From assembly GCA_977862235.1 (NCBI GenBank), contig OZ374561.1, positions 868,001 through 932,000 of the forward strand: 64,000 bases of DNA. The letters run 5' to 3'. Below are positions 22,240 through 33,633 of the stretch, piece after piece (the stretch's first letter is position 1; every line of letters starts with the position of its first letter). The notes under the pieces were generated by a model. It did no database searches, was not told the origin of the DNA, and saw only the letters and a program-made list of their open reading frames with translations. The translations under genes and the position numbers were made by a program. Origin of the DNA: Dudresnaya verticillata (Eukaryota).

Positions 22240-25200
22240 TCACTCGAGGTGAATGTTGAGTTCCTTTCGAGCCTTGGCGGCAAGCTTCTTACGAGACTTC
22301 TTCAGAAAAGCCGTGACCTTTTCCGGTACATCCTCGTGTAGTTCGGAAATGGGCTGCCAAGTCCAGTCGGTTTTGTCTGGCTGTCCTAGCCACTGAACCT
22401 GAATAAAAATGCCTTCCTTAGTCTCCCCAATGTCCAGAAATTTTTCGACCAGTTCAAACTTAGCTTCAATATGCGTCGTCTGCTTCAATTATTTCTCTGA
22501 CACTTTAGTACCGTCCAGATCGGCTCTGTAGGGAAGCATCCTTGCGGCGTGGACAACTTCCGGAGTCCCATCGAGAATACCAGTTATCTCATACACTGTA
22601 TCGCCGAGGACTTGTGTGATTCTACGCGGACCCAACCAACGAAAGCTTTGCTTATGGCGTTTGTCTTGCGATCTTCGGACCAGAACGAAATCACCTACTG
22701 TAAAAGCGGTGCGACAATATTTGTCCTCTTGTTGTGCTGCTCAATTTGCTTCTCCCTGTTAGTTGTAACTCTGTTTGCTACGTCTTTGTGCATATTATCA
22801 ATATGCTTCTTTAGGCTGTCGATCTCCATAACCTGGTTAGCGCGTAGCACCTTGATGGTTTTAGGTTCCCCAGTCTTATCCCACGGTCTAATCCTGAACT
22901 GAGTCCTGTTCGGTCTTATTCCTGTCATCACTTCCAAGGGCGTCCTGAATGTCCCATCTCCATGACTCCCTAATCTTTTAAGTGGGGCTTCATTAAGTGC
23001 TTGCATTACGGTTTCAATCACCATTGGCCAGTCTTGAGGCCCCAGACGTAGTTCCGAAAGTAGCGCAGTGCATGCGGAGCGAATATGCCTCATGCAGTTC
23101 TCAATGGTCCCATTGACCCAGGGAGAGTAGGCGACTGTCAATACATTCTCAATGTTATAGTCTGTCGCTAACGCTTTCATTACCTCATTCTTGAAGTGAG
23201 ACCCCTGATCAGAGACCCAAAATCCCATAACAGTAAAAACGCGAATCCACCTCGATATTTCCAACACGACAACTTCTGCAGTTGCCGCTTCGGAAGGGCA
23301 TAACCACAAATACGACGACAGATCGTCTCGAATTACTAAGACATATTTAAGCCCATCAGTTCCTATCCCCATGAATAAAAAATCGAAGTGTACGACTTCA
23401 TTGGGCTTAGTGCCATGCAAAGTCATGGACAGCGGCCTTGGGATCTTCTTTCCCCCTTTGGCTATGATACAGTGGATGCAATTTGTTACAAATTCTTTGC
23501 AATCGTCTGCCATATCCTTCCACTTAAACTTCTCCATCAGGATACTCAGTGTTGTGTTGGCACCTCTATGTCCCGCCTTTGAACAGTGGGCAATTACTAG
23601 TAGCTTGATTTTCAATTCCAAACAATTGTCTGGCACCCATATCTTCCCTTTGCATTTATAAACCCCGTCTTCGTCTGGCTCATACCCCTTTGGCATAGTC
23701 TGAATATTTTTCTTCTGCGACTTGGCGATGTCCTTCATGGATGGCCAAACAAAATCCTCGTCCCCAGGAGAGTCAATAATATCCCGTTCCAGAAGAAGGC
23801 CTGAAATTCGACGGCAGACATCCCGTTTACCTCGATAACCGGCGTACCATCTAGTCAGCATATCTGCTGCCACATTCCTACATCCTTCGACGTGTTCAAT
23901 GGTATACATAAATCTAGATAAATATAATGCCCAACGCTGTAGCTTATTCACCACGTGCCGTCCCAATGTTGGTTTGACGGTAAGTGGGTTATACACAAAG
24001 AGAAGGTTACGGTGGTCCGTAAATAAATGAATATCACTCTCGCACATTAGCATGTAGTCCATTTTCTCACATGCTTGAAAACTGCGTATCCCTCTTTCTC
24101 GAATGTACTCCAATGTCTCTGAGTCTCGTTGAACGCGGAACCTAAAAAAGCCAGCGGTTGGTGTTGCTGTTCCTCCATTGGCCGCTTAAGATGTTCCGGT
24201 TCGCATTGCGTTACAACGGCCGCCCAGTGTTTGTCAGATGCGTCTGTATAAATGCAGATAGCTTTGGCGCTATCCCAATGAGCAAGCTTGACTGCGTTAC
24301 GTAGTTGGTACTGTAGTTCGTTAAATGTCTCAGTATGTTTAGGGCCCCATTCTAACTCCTTTAGAGTGATCTTTTGCACGGACCTTGAGGTTCGCTTTCC
24401 AGATTTGTTATAGGCCCTCTCTAATAATTCGCGTAATGGAGCGATTCTGCTCTCAAAGTCCGGGATATACGTACTCATCCACTGAAGACAATTGATATAC
24501 TGGGGCAATTCGGCCGCATTAATTGGTGCGTGTCCATCCTTCAGTCCGCTTAGTCGGCGCGGGTCACATTCGACCCCGTCCTTGTCCACAACGTATCCAC
24601 ACCAGCGCAGAGTCCTAGAGAACAATACAGTCTTTTTTGCCGAGATCTTTAAGTTCCTCTTCCTGCATATTTCGAAGAACGTCCTTAGATTTTCGACCAG
24701 TCCCGCCTCTGACTTACTATGTACTGCAAAATCATCGAGCCACGCTTTTAGAGCTTCTTTCAACTCCGTGAAGCATGGTTCAACCCTGGATTGGAAATTC
24801 TGAGCCGAGTTCTGCCCACCCTGTAGAGTCCTTGTCGGTTGACAAACTCCATTTGGAGTGAGGAAGCTGTGGTAGGCCTGGCTGTCCTCATGCAGCGGCA
24901 TTTGCCAATAGCCGTTGCAAAAGTCAATACTCGCGAAGCATGCACTTCCGGCGAAATCCATGAGTTCCGACTGTATGTGTGGCATGGGCCACGTCGTTGG
25001 TTTGGTACACTGGTTAACGCGTCTCAAGTCGAATGTGAGTCTGTATTTAGCCGGTGGGTTCTTTGGGACCAATAATGTTGGTGCAGCCCATTGCGCATTC
25101 GGGTTTGGCGCCGCCATTCCGTATTCGATCAATCTGTTCATAAACTTGGACATGAACTGGCGCTGGTCACTTGGGCAGCGTCGCGCCTTTGCAATATAGG

Positions 25201-26865
25201 GTACGGACCCTGGTTTGATGTGCACCTGCATTGGCTCTACGTCCGCCGGAGGCCCTGGTCCTAGTCTCACACAAAAAACATCTGCGTATTCTCCCAATAG
25301 AGTTCTCATAGAGTCCAATCCCTGTTTGCTAATCCCATTGACTTCTGCTTGTCTGAGCATATTCCCGAATGCCCCATACAGTTCTTGCGGAGTATCAATT
25401 CCGAGATCAATTTCGTGCCCTTCCACCGCAGCGGAATCGTCCTCCATTGCGGCTCTATCTGAATGAAAGAGTCCCGACGATAAAATCCTAGCAATTGTGC
25501 CTTCCTTGTACGCTTCAGTTTCTACTAAATCATTTGCATCCACAGTTCCGCGATATCTGTCACATGCTGCCTCCAGCATTTTCTTAGTATCCAACCCCAA
25601 CGCTTCCTGAATAGGGCGCCCTAAAAGGGGCTCGTTCATCTTCTGTACTGAAACGTACCACTTAAGGCTTCGAATCATTAATGATTTTCCATGTCGTATA
25701 TGTAGCTCAGTATCCAGTGACACCTCCTTGCTGCACTACACGTGGCACTCCGATGCTGCGAGGCCGAACTTCTTCGCCTTCTCAAAGGTCTTCACAGATA
25801 TGTCGGCTCGTTGCTCCAGCAATGCCATGAACAATCCTGGGCGCATCAGGTTGATGTCCGAGCCGCCATCAGCGCAAGTAGTGCGATCCACTAAACCAGC
25901 AAAAGTAGCTTCCATAAGGGTAGTGTTTGCATCAATACTGGCTGTCTCATACCGAACTTGCTTGGACTTCTTAGCCTTCTCACGCTTATCGGCAATATGC
26001 TCTCTAATCAGAGCCTCGGCTTTCTCAGGAGACGTGAAAGGGCATTTACGTACGCCTCCCTTATGGAGTGTACCCTTCTTGGCGCAAGCCTCATTTAGAC
26101 AAATGGGTGCAGGACGATCCTTGTCCTTTGTAATGGTACTCCCTGAGCCACCCTGTCCGCTTGAGCCTCCTTTCTTCGCGTCCACGGCAGACTTGGTTTC
26201 CTTCTCTGCTTTGACCTTCCTCGGCCTCAGCTTTTCTTGAATTACTGCTCCTTACATAGAGTAGCCACGTACTCCTGTACGCTCTTCTTAAGGTCCTCCT
26301 GATACTCTAGGAGCTCAGCCATAGACGCTTTCAAATTTCGAGGGTAAAGATACTCCGGTAGAATCTTGATTGTCTTCTTCGGGTTCACTGTTGGAAACGC
26401 AGCGTAGCCAACACCCTCCAAGCGTTTAAAAACATCGTAAACATATTCCAGGACCCTTGCCTCGGGATCTACCACGGACATTGGTATTTTAAGCCCCTTG
26501 AGAGCCTCATTCACCATAGCAGGGTTGAATGCATGGCCCTCTGGACGTTTAACAAGACTCTTGACGTAGGCTTCAATATGATCCGACGTTAATTCGTCGA
26601 ACGATACTTGGGGAGCAACAGTTTCCATTCTTCCCAGTGTATGCATGGCTTTTAGTAGACCTCTATCCACTGAAACCTTGTAGGATGCTACGGAGAGTGA
26701 AGGTACCTCCTTTTTCTCATCAATTTCATCGATATACCGCTCTCGTTCTCTCAGAAACCGAGCAACTTTGTGCGGATCCACGCTTCGAAGCACTGGATGT
26801 TCTATCGGTGTGAACATTGTAGCGTTCGGCCCATGCTCTCCTCCATTTCTTGTGACGGGCGGCAT
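22240..26865 (-). pseudogene. gag-pol polyprotein, disrupted
   Basis: Gag from ATG 26865 with Cys/His knuckle CLNEAC..H..CP. Protease ADGGSD. RT with YRLTFDLR, IDFCNGYWQ and WLDD. RNase H with YTDASD, WSTFEKEGYA and FTDHRNL. Integrase with HHCC (AHCSKAGH..CIHC) and D-D-E (HFDF, SDQG, IEN). Chromodomain VEKFLD..VQWLG..DWTWQPI. Lesions: frameshifts near 26247, 24080 and 22706; stops at 25736-25738 and 22489-22491. Confidence 0.93.
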
Positions 26866-26942
26866 GGCGATGGACCCCGACAAAAACCAACCTCGTATAC
26901 TTCCTTCGCAACAAACGTCCCCTGCAGGCGGACAGAAATTTC

Positions 26943-27280
26943 TGTGAACCTGTAACGAAAGATAGTAGTCTTTTACGACGGCTGATAACTTGTACCTCCT
27001 CCACAGTGTGTGCCGAGACCTGCCCTACTTATGTGGCACTACTGGTCTCAGCTCTAACCGGTAGATCACTACCAAAAGGCTCTACTACAGACTCTGTCCG
27101 ATACTACTATTTGACTAGGGCAGAACGAAAAGGTTACTCGTGTTTGTCCCTATTCACGTCCGATCTTACTCATCTTAATCCGCCCCCGGTTTCATTGTAG
27201 TTCCCTTATGAGGTAATCCGAGATTAGCTGGGCCTTGGGCCAAGCACATTCCTGGTTTGCACCTGGCAACATTCTCTACA
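26943..27280 (-). repeat. 5' LTR (338 bp)
   Basis: Near-identical to 21863-22203 and lies upstream of gag on the minus strand. Confidence 0.97.
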
Positions 27281-28690
27281 ATACGAAGAAGAGGTAATCT
27301 TGAGAAGAGATTCATGAGAGGAGATGGTTGTGATTCAACAAGACACGACACTTCAGTCCAAAATGCAGCACTGTTCTTGTGAAGCTCGATGCCACGCGGG
27401 CTAGACAAACGCAGCGGGAGACGCACGTGGTCCTGAAATGATTCACAGCTTTGCAATGTGAAATGTCAAAGAGTGGTGATACAACTTTGTAGTACGAATT
27501 GGCCAGTGGGGGCGTATCTAGTTTCTAACCGGCAAGCATTGTGTTTGTCGCAATAGGAATTATGTTTTCTCTCTTCACAGTATTGGTATCTACTGTCACA
27601 ACCACCGGATACTGTGTCTCTTTGTTACCGAATAATGACTTTACGTTATTGCTAGCGACAGGAGCTTTATAAAGCATTCTTACGACCTTGCGTATCTGTA
27701 TACTACGCATAATGGCAACACGTGCACTACAGTAATCATGGCTACTGTGTTGCTGTGGCGGGACACGCTGATTTGTTGCTACCAGAACTGGACCAGAGGC
27801 ATTTAGAGTGCGAAGTGGCTTGAAGGCCAGCCGGTTGCGCTGCAGTAGTGGTGAGTTGTGTCATGAACAGGTGAACGCAGTAACGGTTCCCGTATCGCGC
27901 TCGCTTCTGACACACAAGTTGTTCGGTGCCCTTACACGGATAAGATCGGCAGGCCCGCTGGGTTCATTCTCCATTGCCGTGCTGAGAGCTTGAGAGCTTT
28001 TCCGACAGCTGTGGCATTGATAAAGGACCTTCCTGGCTCGTGTTCTATACTCGGGGTGTTCAGGGTTGTGCATGCCACTTTCCGAGCCCCACTCAGCGGG
28101 AAGCATCTGGAGGCCTAGGCATGTGCTTGAAACAGTGCTTAATTGTTAACCGGAATGCCGTGCAGGCTCTGTGCCGCAGAGTTTACATACACCGCTCATG
28201 CAATGGTCAATCTACTGCAATGGCGTTGGGAGTCGTGACCTCATTGTTCAGTAAATGTACGGTAAGATACTGGGCTGCCTGAAGGGCAGATACGGAGCGG
28301 TACTATTATTGATACTGGACGTGTAGCAGTATGACTGCGACTTCTCTGGCCGTATCTGTACTGTAGGACTGTAAGGGTCACTGCAAGAAAAGCCCCGAAT
28401 TAGAACCGCCAAGTGGAATCCAATAGTTGGAGAGATTTGCTGTTTCCCGCAACCGACATCTCTCGCTACACGGCGAGAACTGCCTTGAGTTCATCCGCTG
28501 TCACCAGCTTCTCCGCATCGCGCCCTTCCTATCTTACCTCCGCAGCGCCCACCGCCAAGGCCGAACAGCTCTCCCGTGCACACGTAGAGTGCATCCTTGA
28601 AGCGTGAATGCCCTCCCCGCGAAGACACTGCAGCGCTGGCCACCTTCCGCAAGCGGCCAAAGCGCCGCTGTTGTCACGCCTTGAGCCGCC

Positions 28691-29758
28691 ATGAAATGGG
28701 ACGGAAAGCCGCGCGCCTTCGCCCCGACGGACGCAATGCGCCCGTCGCGCGACGTCGTCTCGCCAGCCGGAAACGACGCCAAGCAGTCCCCGTTCCCGTT
28801 CGCGTTGGGCGTGTACACCGTCCCAGACGATGACGACCCCACGGAGCCGGCTGTCCCGCTCCCGCTCTACTATGTGTCTGAACAGGTTGCCAACGACCGC
28901 TCCGAGGCTGCCAGCGCGTACAACGCCCCCGGTGTCTGCCCCGGCTGGTACCTCATCGCCCGCCCAGCTACGCTGTTCAGCGTCCGAATCACCAAAGTTA
29001 ATAGTCGCAAGGTCTGCAAGTCTCACAACTTCTATCAAACCTCTCTGCGTGTTGGTGGCGTTTGCTCCAATGACACTCATTTGTGGGGCTCGTGGCAGAC
29101 CAGAGACGAAGAAATTTCTCATGGCTTCGTCGAGGAATCGAATCTGGACAGCTCGGGCAATCTTGAGAAGGTTGTGAGGCCATTTTTCTTTCAAAAGGCC
29201 GACTGCACCGCCTCGGCCACAGAAGAAATCGTAGATCAGAGCGCCAAGGACAATGGCTCAATTGCGATAAGGGTTAGAGTTGGAACTGCATCACGAAACA
29301 GAAACCCTAATGGAAGCGTGCGGTCGTTTTCTGTCAAAGACGGTCAGAGCGTCGGCGAGAGGGCCATATCGAAGTATGGTATTAGTCTTAAAGTCTCTCG
29401 GGAGATGCGGACTATCCAGTCGTCCAGCAAGACAGAGGCAGCGTATAGCATGAAGTGGTCGCGAAAGCTCCCGGAGGCAAATATACGTATTTTCGTGCGA
29501 GAAGCATCTTGGATGCGCTCACGTAGGCTAATTGATAATGACGGCAGTCCGTGCTCTCACCAAAGGTACAATGAGCTGATCCAGCAAGACAATGCACGTC
29601 GGGTTCAGAGAAGAATTGGAGGGCAACGCGAGCGCCCCACCAAGAAGCGCAGAGTACGATATGTTGTGGACTTGGAGAATGGAGATGGAGTTGAGGAGGA
29701 GATCGAAGAGGAGAAAGACGAGCCTGTTCTTGAGGAAGAAGTTATCGTTCTAGATTGA
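28691..29758 (+). CDS. Uncharacterised DUF7918-like nuclear protein, paralog C
   Basis: 355 aa with good start context gccgccATG. Same blocks as paralogs A and B. NLS RPTKKRR and an acidic tail with YVVDLE and EEEVIVLD. Confidence 0.87.
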   Translation: MKWDGKPRAFAPTDAMRPSRDVVSPAGNDAKQSPFPFALGVYTVPDDDDPTEPAVPLPLYYVSEQVANDRSEAASAYNAPGVCPGWYLIARPATLFSVRITKVNSRKVCKSHNFYQTSLRVGGVCSNDTHLWGSWQTRDEEISHGFVEESNLDSSGNLEKVVRPFFFQKADCTASATEEIVDQSAKDNGSIAIRVRVGTASRNRNPNGSVRSFSVKDGQSVGERAISKYGISLKVSREMRTIQSSSKTEAAYSMKWSRKLPEANIRIFVREASWMRSRRLIDNDGSPCSHQRYNELIQQDNARRVQRRIGGQRERPTKKRRVRYVVDLENGDGVEEEIEEEKDEPVLEEEVIVLD

Positions 29759-30803
29759 CTTTCTGTGCCACCTGGCTGGGAAGGAAGAATCCTGGCTGGA
29801 GAGATCTGTCGCCCACTTGCTCTTGCCCTTCCTCGATGAAGTTCGGGGACTGTTTGGTCAAGAGGAAGTCTACCCGAGACGGTTCCGCTTCTAGTCAACA
29901 GGACATCTGGAAGGTACAAAGACACAGTTCCAGAATTGCAGCCGTCCATACAAAATATGCTTTTTTGTAATCAGCGAATTGCTGCATGAGCGGTTCACTT
30001 GACACAACTCTCGTGGCGATTGCTGCAGCCGCCGCCAAATGTTTGCGTCTCCTGGGTCTCAGTCACATGAATGGGTTAAGACCCCTTTGCTACAAAGTGG
30101 CAGGAACGGAATTTGAATGTGATGCTTCTGGCATGCTGAGTGCGGCTGCACTGCAAACCTGAGAGAGAGACGAGTCAGTCTGGTTGAATATGCATATCAC
30201 GCTGCTGCAGACCGCAGGCCGTTGAGTGATCTAGGACTGTTGATTACCGTAATGATACCCACTGCGTTGCCTACAAGGTGGGGACCAGTTACAGTAGATT
30301 CCTCCGCTGGACTGCAGGCCAGTAGTACATTTATCCGGCAACGAGCTATAGTCCATATCCTACCACGATGTCAGATATATAAGGCTTCTGTACGGATCTA
30401 CGAGGTTGGTGGAGACAGTGGCAAGCTGAATGCATGAGCTCGCCTCAAAATTGGTACAGCGCACTGTATCTTGCTCATGTATGGCACGTGCTGCTGCAAT
30501 CCCCAGATTCCTGCAACAATCCTTCTCTGCACTTCACGAAGCAGAGCAGCATGACACCTGATCATGGTAACAGAAAAAACGACGGTATGAGCACCGAAAC
30601 CTAGCTGAGATACTACACCGGCGGTGCTGCACATGTCCCTTTTGACGAGTGTGTCCGACTGACGACACTTCGGACCAAAAACTGCGCACTGCTCACTGCA
30701 CTCATTCCCTTGGTCATGCAAGACATTACGGCTACTCAGCTCGTTTGTATCATAGTAATTGGTATTGCAGTGATTGTGTGATTTCGGAAGCGAGCACGTA
30801 TGG

Positions 30804-31865
30804 TCACGTGAATCTTGCCCCACTCGAGTTACCTGCAGTGTTTGCATGAAGTCCAGCATCAGACTTTTTCTTCTTTTTCTTCCCGGGGGGTCGCGCCTTG
30901 TCTTCGCCATTCGTCAACAACCTGCCGTTGGTGATGGTCTCAACTGCTTTCTTTGCGCTATGTCCACCTTTCTCTTTTTCCTTGTAGTGGCCAAACATCT
31001 TGTGCAGAAGCTTTTGGTACTTTGCTCGCGACTTCTTATTCTTCTTCATGTTTCGCACCATTCTCTCCAGGTAAGCAATCTCGACCATATCGTGGTGCTT
31101 TTTCACCTCGCGTCGAATGGCTTGTGAACGCAGCTCAGACCCAATGATTAGGGTGTACAGCGCGGACTTGCGCATGCGGGTAATAGTCTTTGCATCCCGT
31201 AGCTGCCACTGCGATGCACGTAATGCGGTTTGCACTTCTTCGTCGGGCTTGGGTTCGAGCAGCCCGTTTTCTACAAGCTCCAGCTTGACACGCTCCTCCA
31301 GCGCGTTTTGGTAGGCCCTCACATCACTATCAGCCCCAACACCCATCCAAAATGCGACATCCATACCATTTGCACCGCGGTTTCCCCTCGCCGATAGCGG
31401 CGGCGGAACAGCTGCTCCAGAGACGCCACCCACGTCCAGCATTGCAGCGACTAGTCTATGGGTGTACGGGAACGAATTTAGCGACGCGGTGGTGATGTCC
31501 GTGTCATCAGGCACATCACGCTCCGGGCTACGGGCTGGAGCAACCGACTTGCTAGCCGAGGCGGGCCTTTTCTCGGCAATAGGGCGGGTGGGCTCGACGC
31601 GTAGGTGGGGGTCATTTGCGCCACCGTACGGACTGACGGGGACGGAGCGCAGAAAGGCAACGTCTTGCTGGTTGATTGGTTGGAAGTAGCGGTCGATCGA
31701 GTACCAGAACTGCTCCCAGTCGTCGTGCTTAAGAGGGTCGAAGGCGTCCGGCGGGAGCGCGCCTGGACCGGGTTTGAGGCGGGTGGTGTCCAGACGGGGC
31801 GGAGCGCGTATCGAGTCTTCGGAGGTTGGGGACGGAGCTTCTGCCGGCGGGCGCGTCTCGCCCAT
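30804..31865 (-). CDS. ADA3: ADA3/NGG1-like SAGA histone acetyltransferase module subunit
   Basis: QFWYSIDRYFQPINQQDVAFLR (Ada3 FW..V..Y...I...D...L block), YTHRLVAAML, LEERVKLELVENGLL..DEEVQTALRASQWQL, VEIAYLERM..KKNKK and a basic tail. Confidence 0.75.
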   Translation of the reverse strand: MGETRPPAEAPSPTSEDSIRAPPRLDTTRLKPGPGALPPDAFDPLKHDDWEQFWYSIDRYFQPINQQDVAFLRSVPVSPYGGANDPHLRVEPTRPIAEKRPASASKSVAPARSPERDVPDDTDITTASLNSFPYTHRLVAAMLDVGGVSGAAVPPPLSARGNRGANGMDVAFWMGVGADSDVRAYQNALEERVKLELVENGLLEPKPDEEVQTALRASQWQLRDAKTITRMRKSALYTLIIGSELRSQAIRREVKKHHDMVEIAYLERMVRNMKKNKKSRAKYQKLLHKMFGHYKEKEKGGHSAKKAVETITNGRLLTNGEDKARPPGKKKKKKSDAGLHANTAGNSSGARFT

Positions 31866-32215
31866 CGTGGGTAGTACGCGAGACTTGTGGCGAGCGAGCT
31901 AGTGACGCGGAGGCTGGGGCTGAGCGGTGGGTGCGGGCCGCGCTGGTGCCGCGCGTCCGCGCGCTGGCTTCCCGCGCGGCTCGGCGGGCGTGCAGCACGA
32001 GACGGTGAGTGGAGCAGGAATGGAGAGAAAATTTGAGTGGAGCGGGCAGGGCCGAGGCCCCAAATTGGGGGTGTTTTGGTATGCATTCCCTTCTGGGAAC
32101 CAGTCTTCTCGAATGCGCCTTCTAAAGGCAAAAAGGCAGGCCTGACAAACCGCAAGCCACTTTACGAATGGTAATAATAAATGCAAGGAGCAAGGCAAAG
32201 CATATCTCGACAGTG

Positions 32216-32827
32216 CTACGAGGCATGGGCATAAGAAAGCCTGCGCGCAACGCGAGTCTCCTCAGCGTCCGGCAGCTCCGCGTCGAAGCTCTCTCTCCGC
32301 AGCTCATGGCGAAAGTCGGTCTCACTCCGACAGTCGCCCTCGACATCCGTGGCCTCACGCTCCATCAACAGGCGCACACGGACATCAGCACTAGTCTCCG
32401 TGCGCGACCGGCGCTTCTCCACAACGCGCCCGTCACTCTCCTTTGGACCTTCCAAAATCGAGCGCTTCACAGTTGCGCGCCGCAGCCCCTTCGGAGCACT
32501 AGCAACCGCATCGGCCTTCCCAAACGCGTACACGCGCCGCGGCTCCTGCCGCTCCCGCGGCAGCGGCGGCGCAAGGTGGTCATCCGCAGAGCTGTCCCCA
32601 TCGCGCTCAGCCCCCCGCGGCGGCGGCTGCGGCGCAGCCTCGAGCGGGCGCACGTGCGCGGCGGGGCGCGGCCTCGCGGCGCGCGCGCGGCGCGCGGGCT
32701 TGTGCGGCCGCGCCGGCAGGCCGGCGGCGACGCGCGACTGCGGGCGGCGCGCCGCGGCAGACAGCCACCACTGCGGGACGGGGCGCAGCGCGCGGCCCGC
32801 GCGCGACGTGCGCGGCGCGGAGTCCAT
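32216..32827 (-). CDS. Small disordered protein with an N-terminal CENP-C-type motif
   Basis: Start context gccgccATGG; 203 aa; RTSRAGRALRPVPQWW near the N-terminus; helical acidic C-terminal part ending RVARRLSY. Confidence 0.55.
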   Translation of the reverse strand: MDSAPRTSRAGRALRPVPQWWLSAAARRPQSRVAAGLPARPHKPARRARAARPRPAAHVRPLEAAPQPPPRGAERDGDSSADDHLAPPLPRERQEPRRVYAFGKADAVASAPKGLRRATVKRSILEGPKESDGRVVEKRRSRTETSADVRVRLLMEREATDVEGDCRSETDFRHELRRESFDAELPDAEETRVARRLSYAHAS

Positions 32828-33502
32828 GGCGGCGCGCAGCGGATGCGCGAGCGCGTGCTTGGCGTGGCGTTGGCGTTGGCGCGACGGGCGCGCGCGGTGC
32901 GCGGCGGCATCGGAGCGGCGTTTTGTGCGCGCTGGCCGCCCGCGAAGCGAAAGCGCGCGCGGCTTGAAGGTCCCGCGGGAGGCGGTTCAGCTCGCGCAAG
33001 CCGCCGCGGGGGCGGGGGCGCGCCCGCATGGCGGCTGGCGTTTCGGTTCGTTGGGGACGGGCGTTGCGCTTCGGTTCTGCCGCGGGAGGCGGTCAGGGAA
33101 TGCTCTGCTGCTGTCCAATTCAAATTACAGAACCCTCACAGAGATCTAATGGCCGTCTCCTTTCCGCGCGCAGAGCTCGCAGCCGAGAGCTGACGGTCCG
33201 CGACTATCACACCCTCCAAGTGCCGATGCGGACGAAGGTGACGATGCTGCCGTGCCCCTACTGCAACCCTTTGTCGCCAACCGTCTCAGCTCTGCGCGCC
33301 CTACATGATGCATACCGAAACCGTCGGTGCTCCCAGGCCCGCCTTGGCTTTTCGAGCCGTCAACAGCCATCTACGACGAAGTCACCACGGCCCACCCTCT
33401 TGACGTTACCCAAGTCTTCCTTCCCGGCTTGCAGGGCTTGAACCTGCTCAGCAGCACCCATCTTCTTACGCTCACCACCCCGGCCCTACTCCGTAGCGAT
33501 GC

Positions 33503-33509
33503 TATAAAA
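33503..33509 (+). promoter_or_regulatory. TATA box of the 33634 gene
   Basis: TATAAAA about 125 nt upstream of the ATG, followed by a C/A-rich leader. Confidence 0.5.
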
Positions 33510-33633
33510 CCCGCTCGGCGCCGCAGCCTCGCCCTTCCTGCACGCCCACTCACAATCGCCACAACTCACAGCAACACTACTCCGACTCAGACCACCAGCT
33601 GACTAGAGCTACCCTCACCGCATAACCTCCAAA

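Larger units (their letters stand above)
21863..27280 (-). mobile_element. Full-length Ty3/Gypsy LTR retrotransposon with C-terminal chromodomain; coding-defective
   Basis: Two TG...CA LTRs, a 4-bp target-site duplication ATAC (21859-21862 and 27281-27284), and gag-PR-RT-RNaseH-IN-chromo domain order on the minus strand. Confidence 0.97.

Noticed and set aside
20905..25738. Several in-frame TAG codons suggesting a reassigned genetic code
   Set aside because: TAG ends intact genes here (4196, 11116, 13499), and the long conserved genes contain no internal TAG.
32168..33193. Long Arg/Ala/Gly-rich ORFs in GC islands (also 14114-15066, 37281-38213, 50744-51752)
   Set aside because: Stop-codon scarcity in very GC-rich DNA; multiple overlapping frames are open and none has domain-like content.
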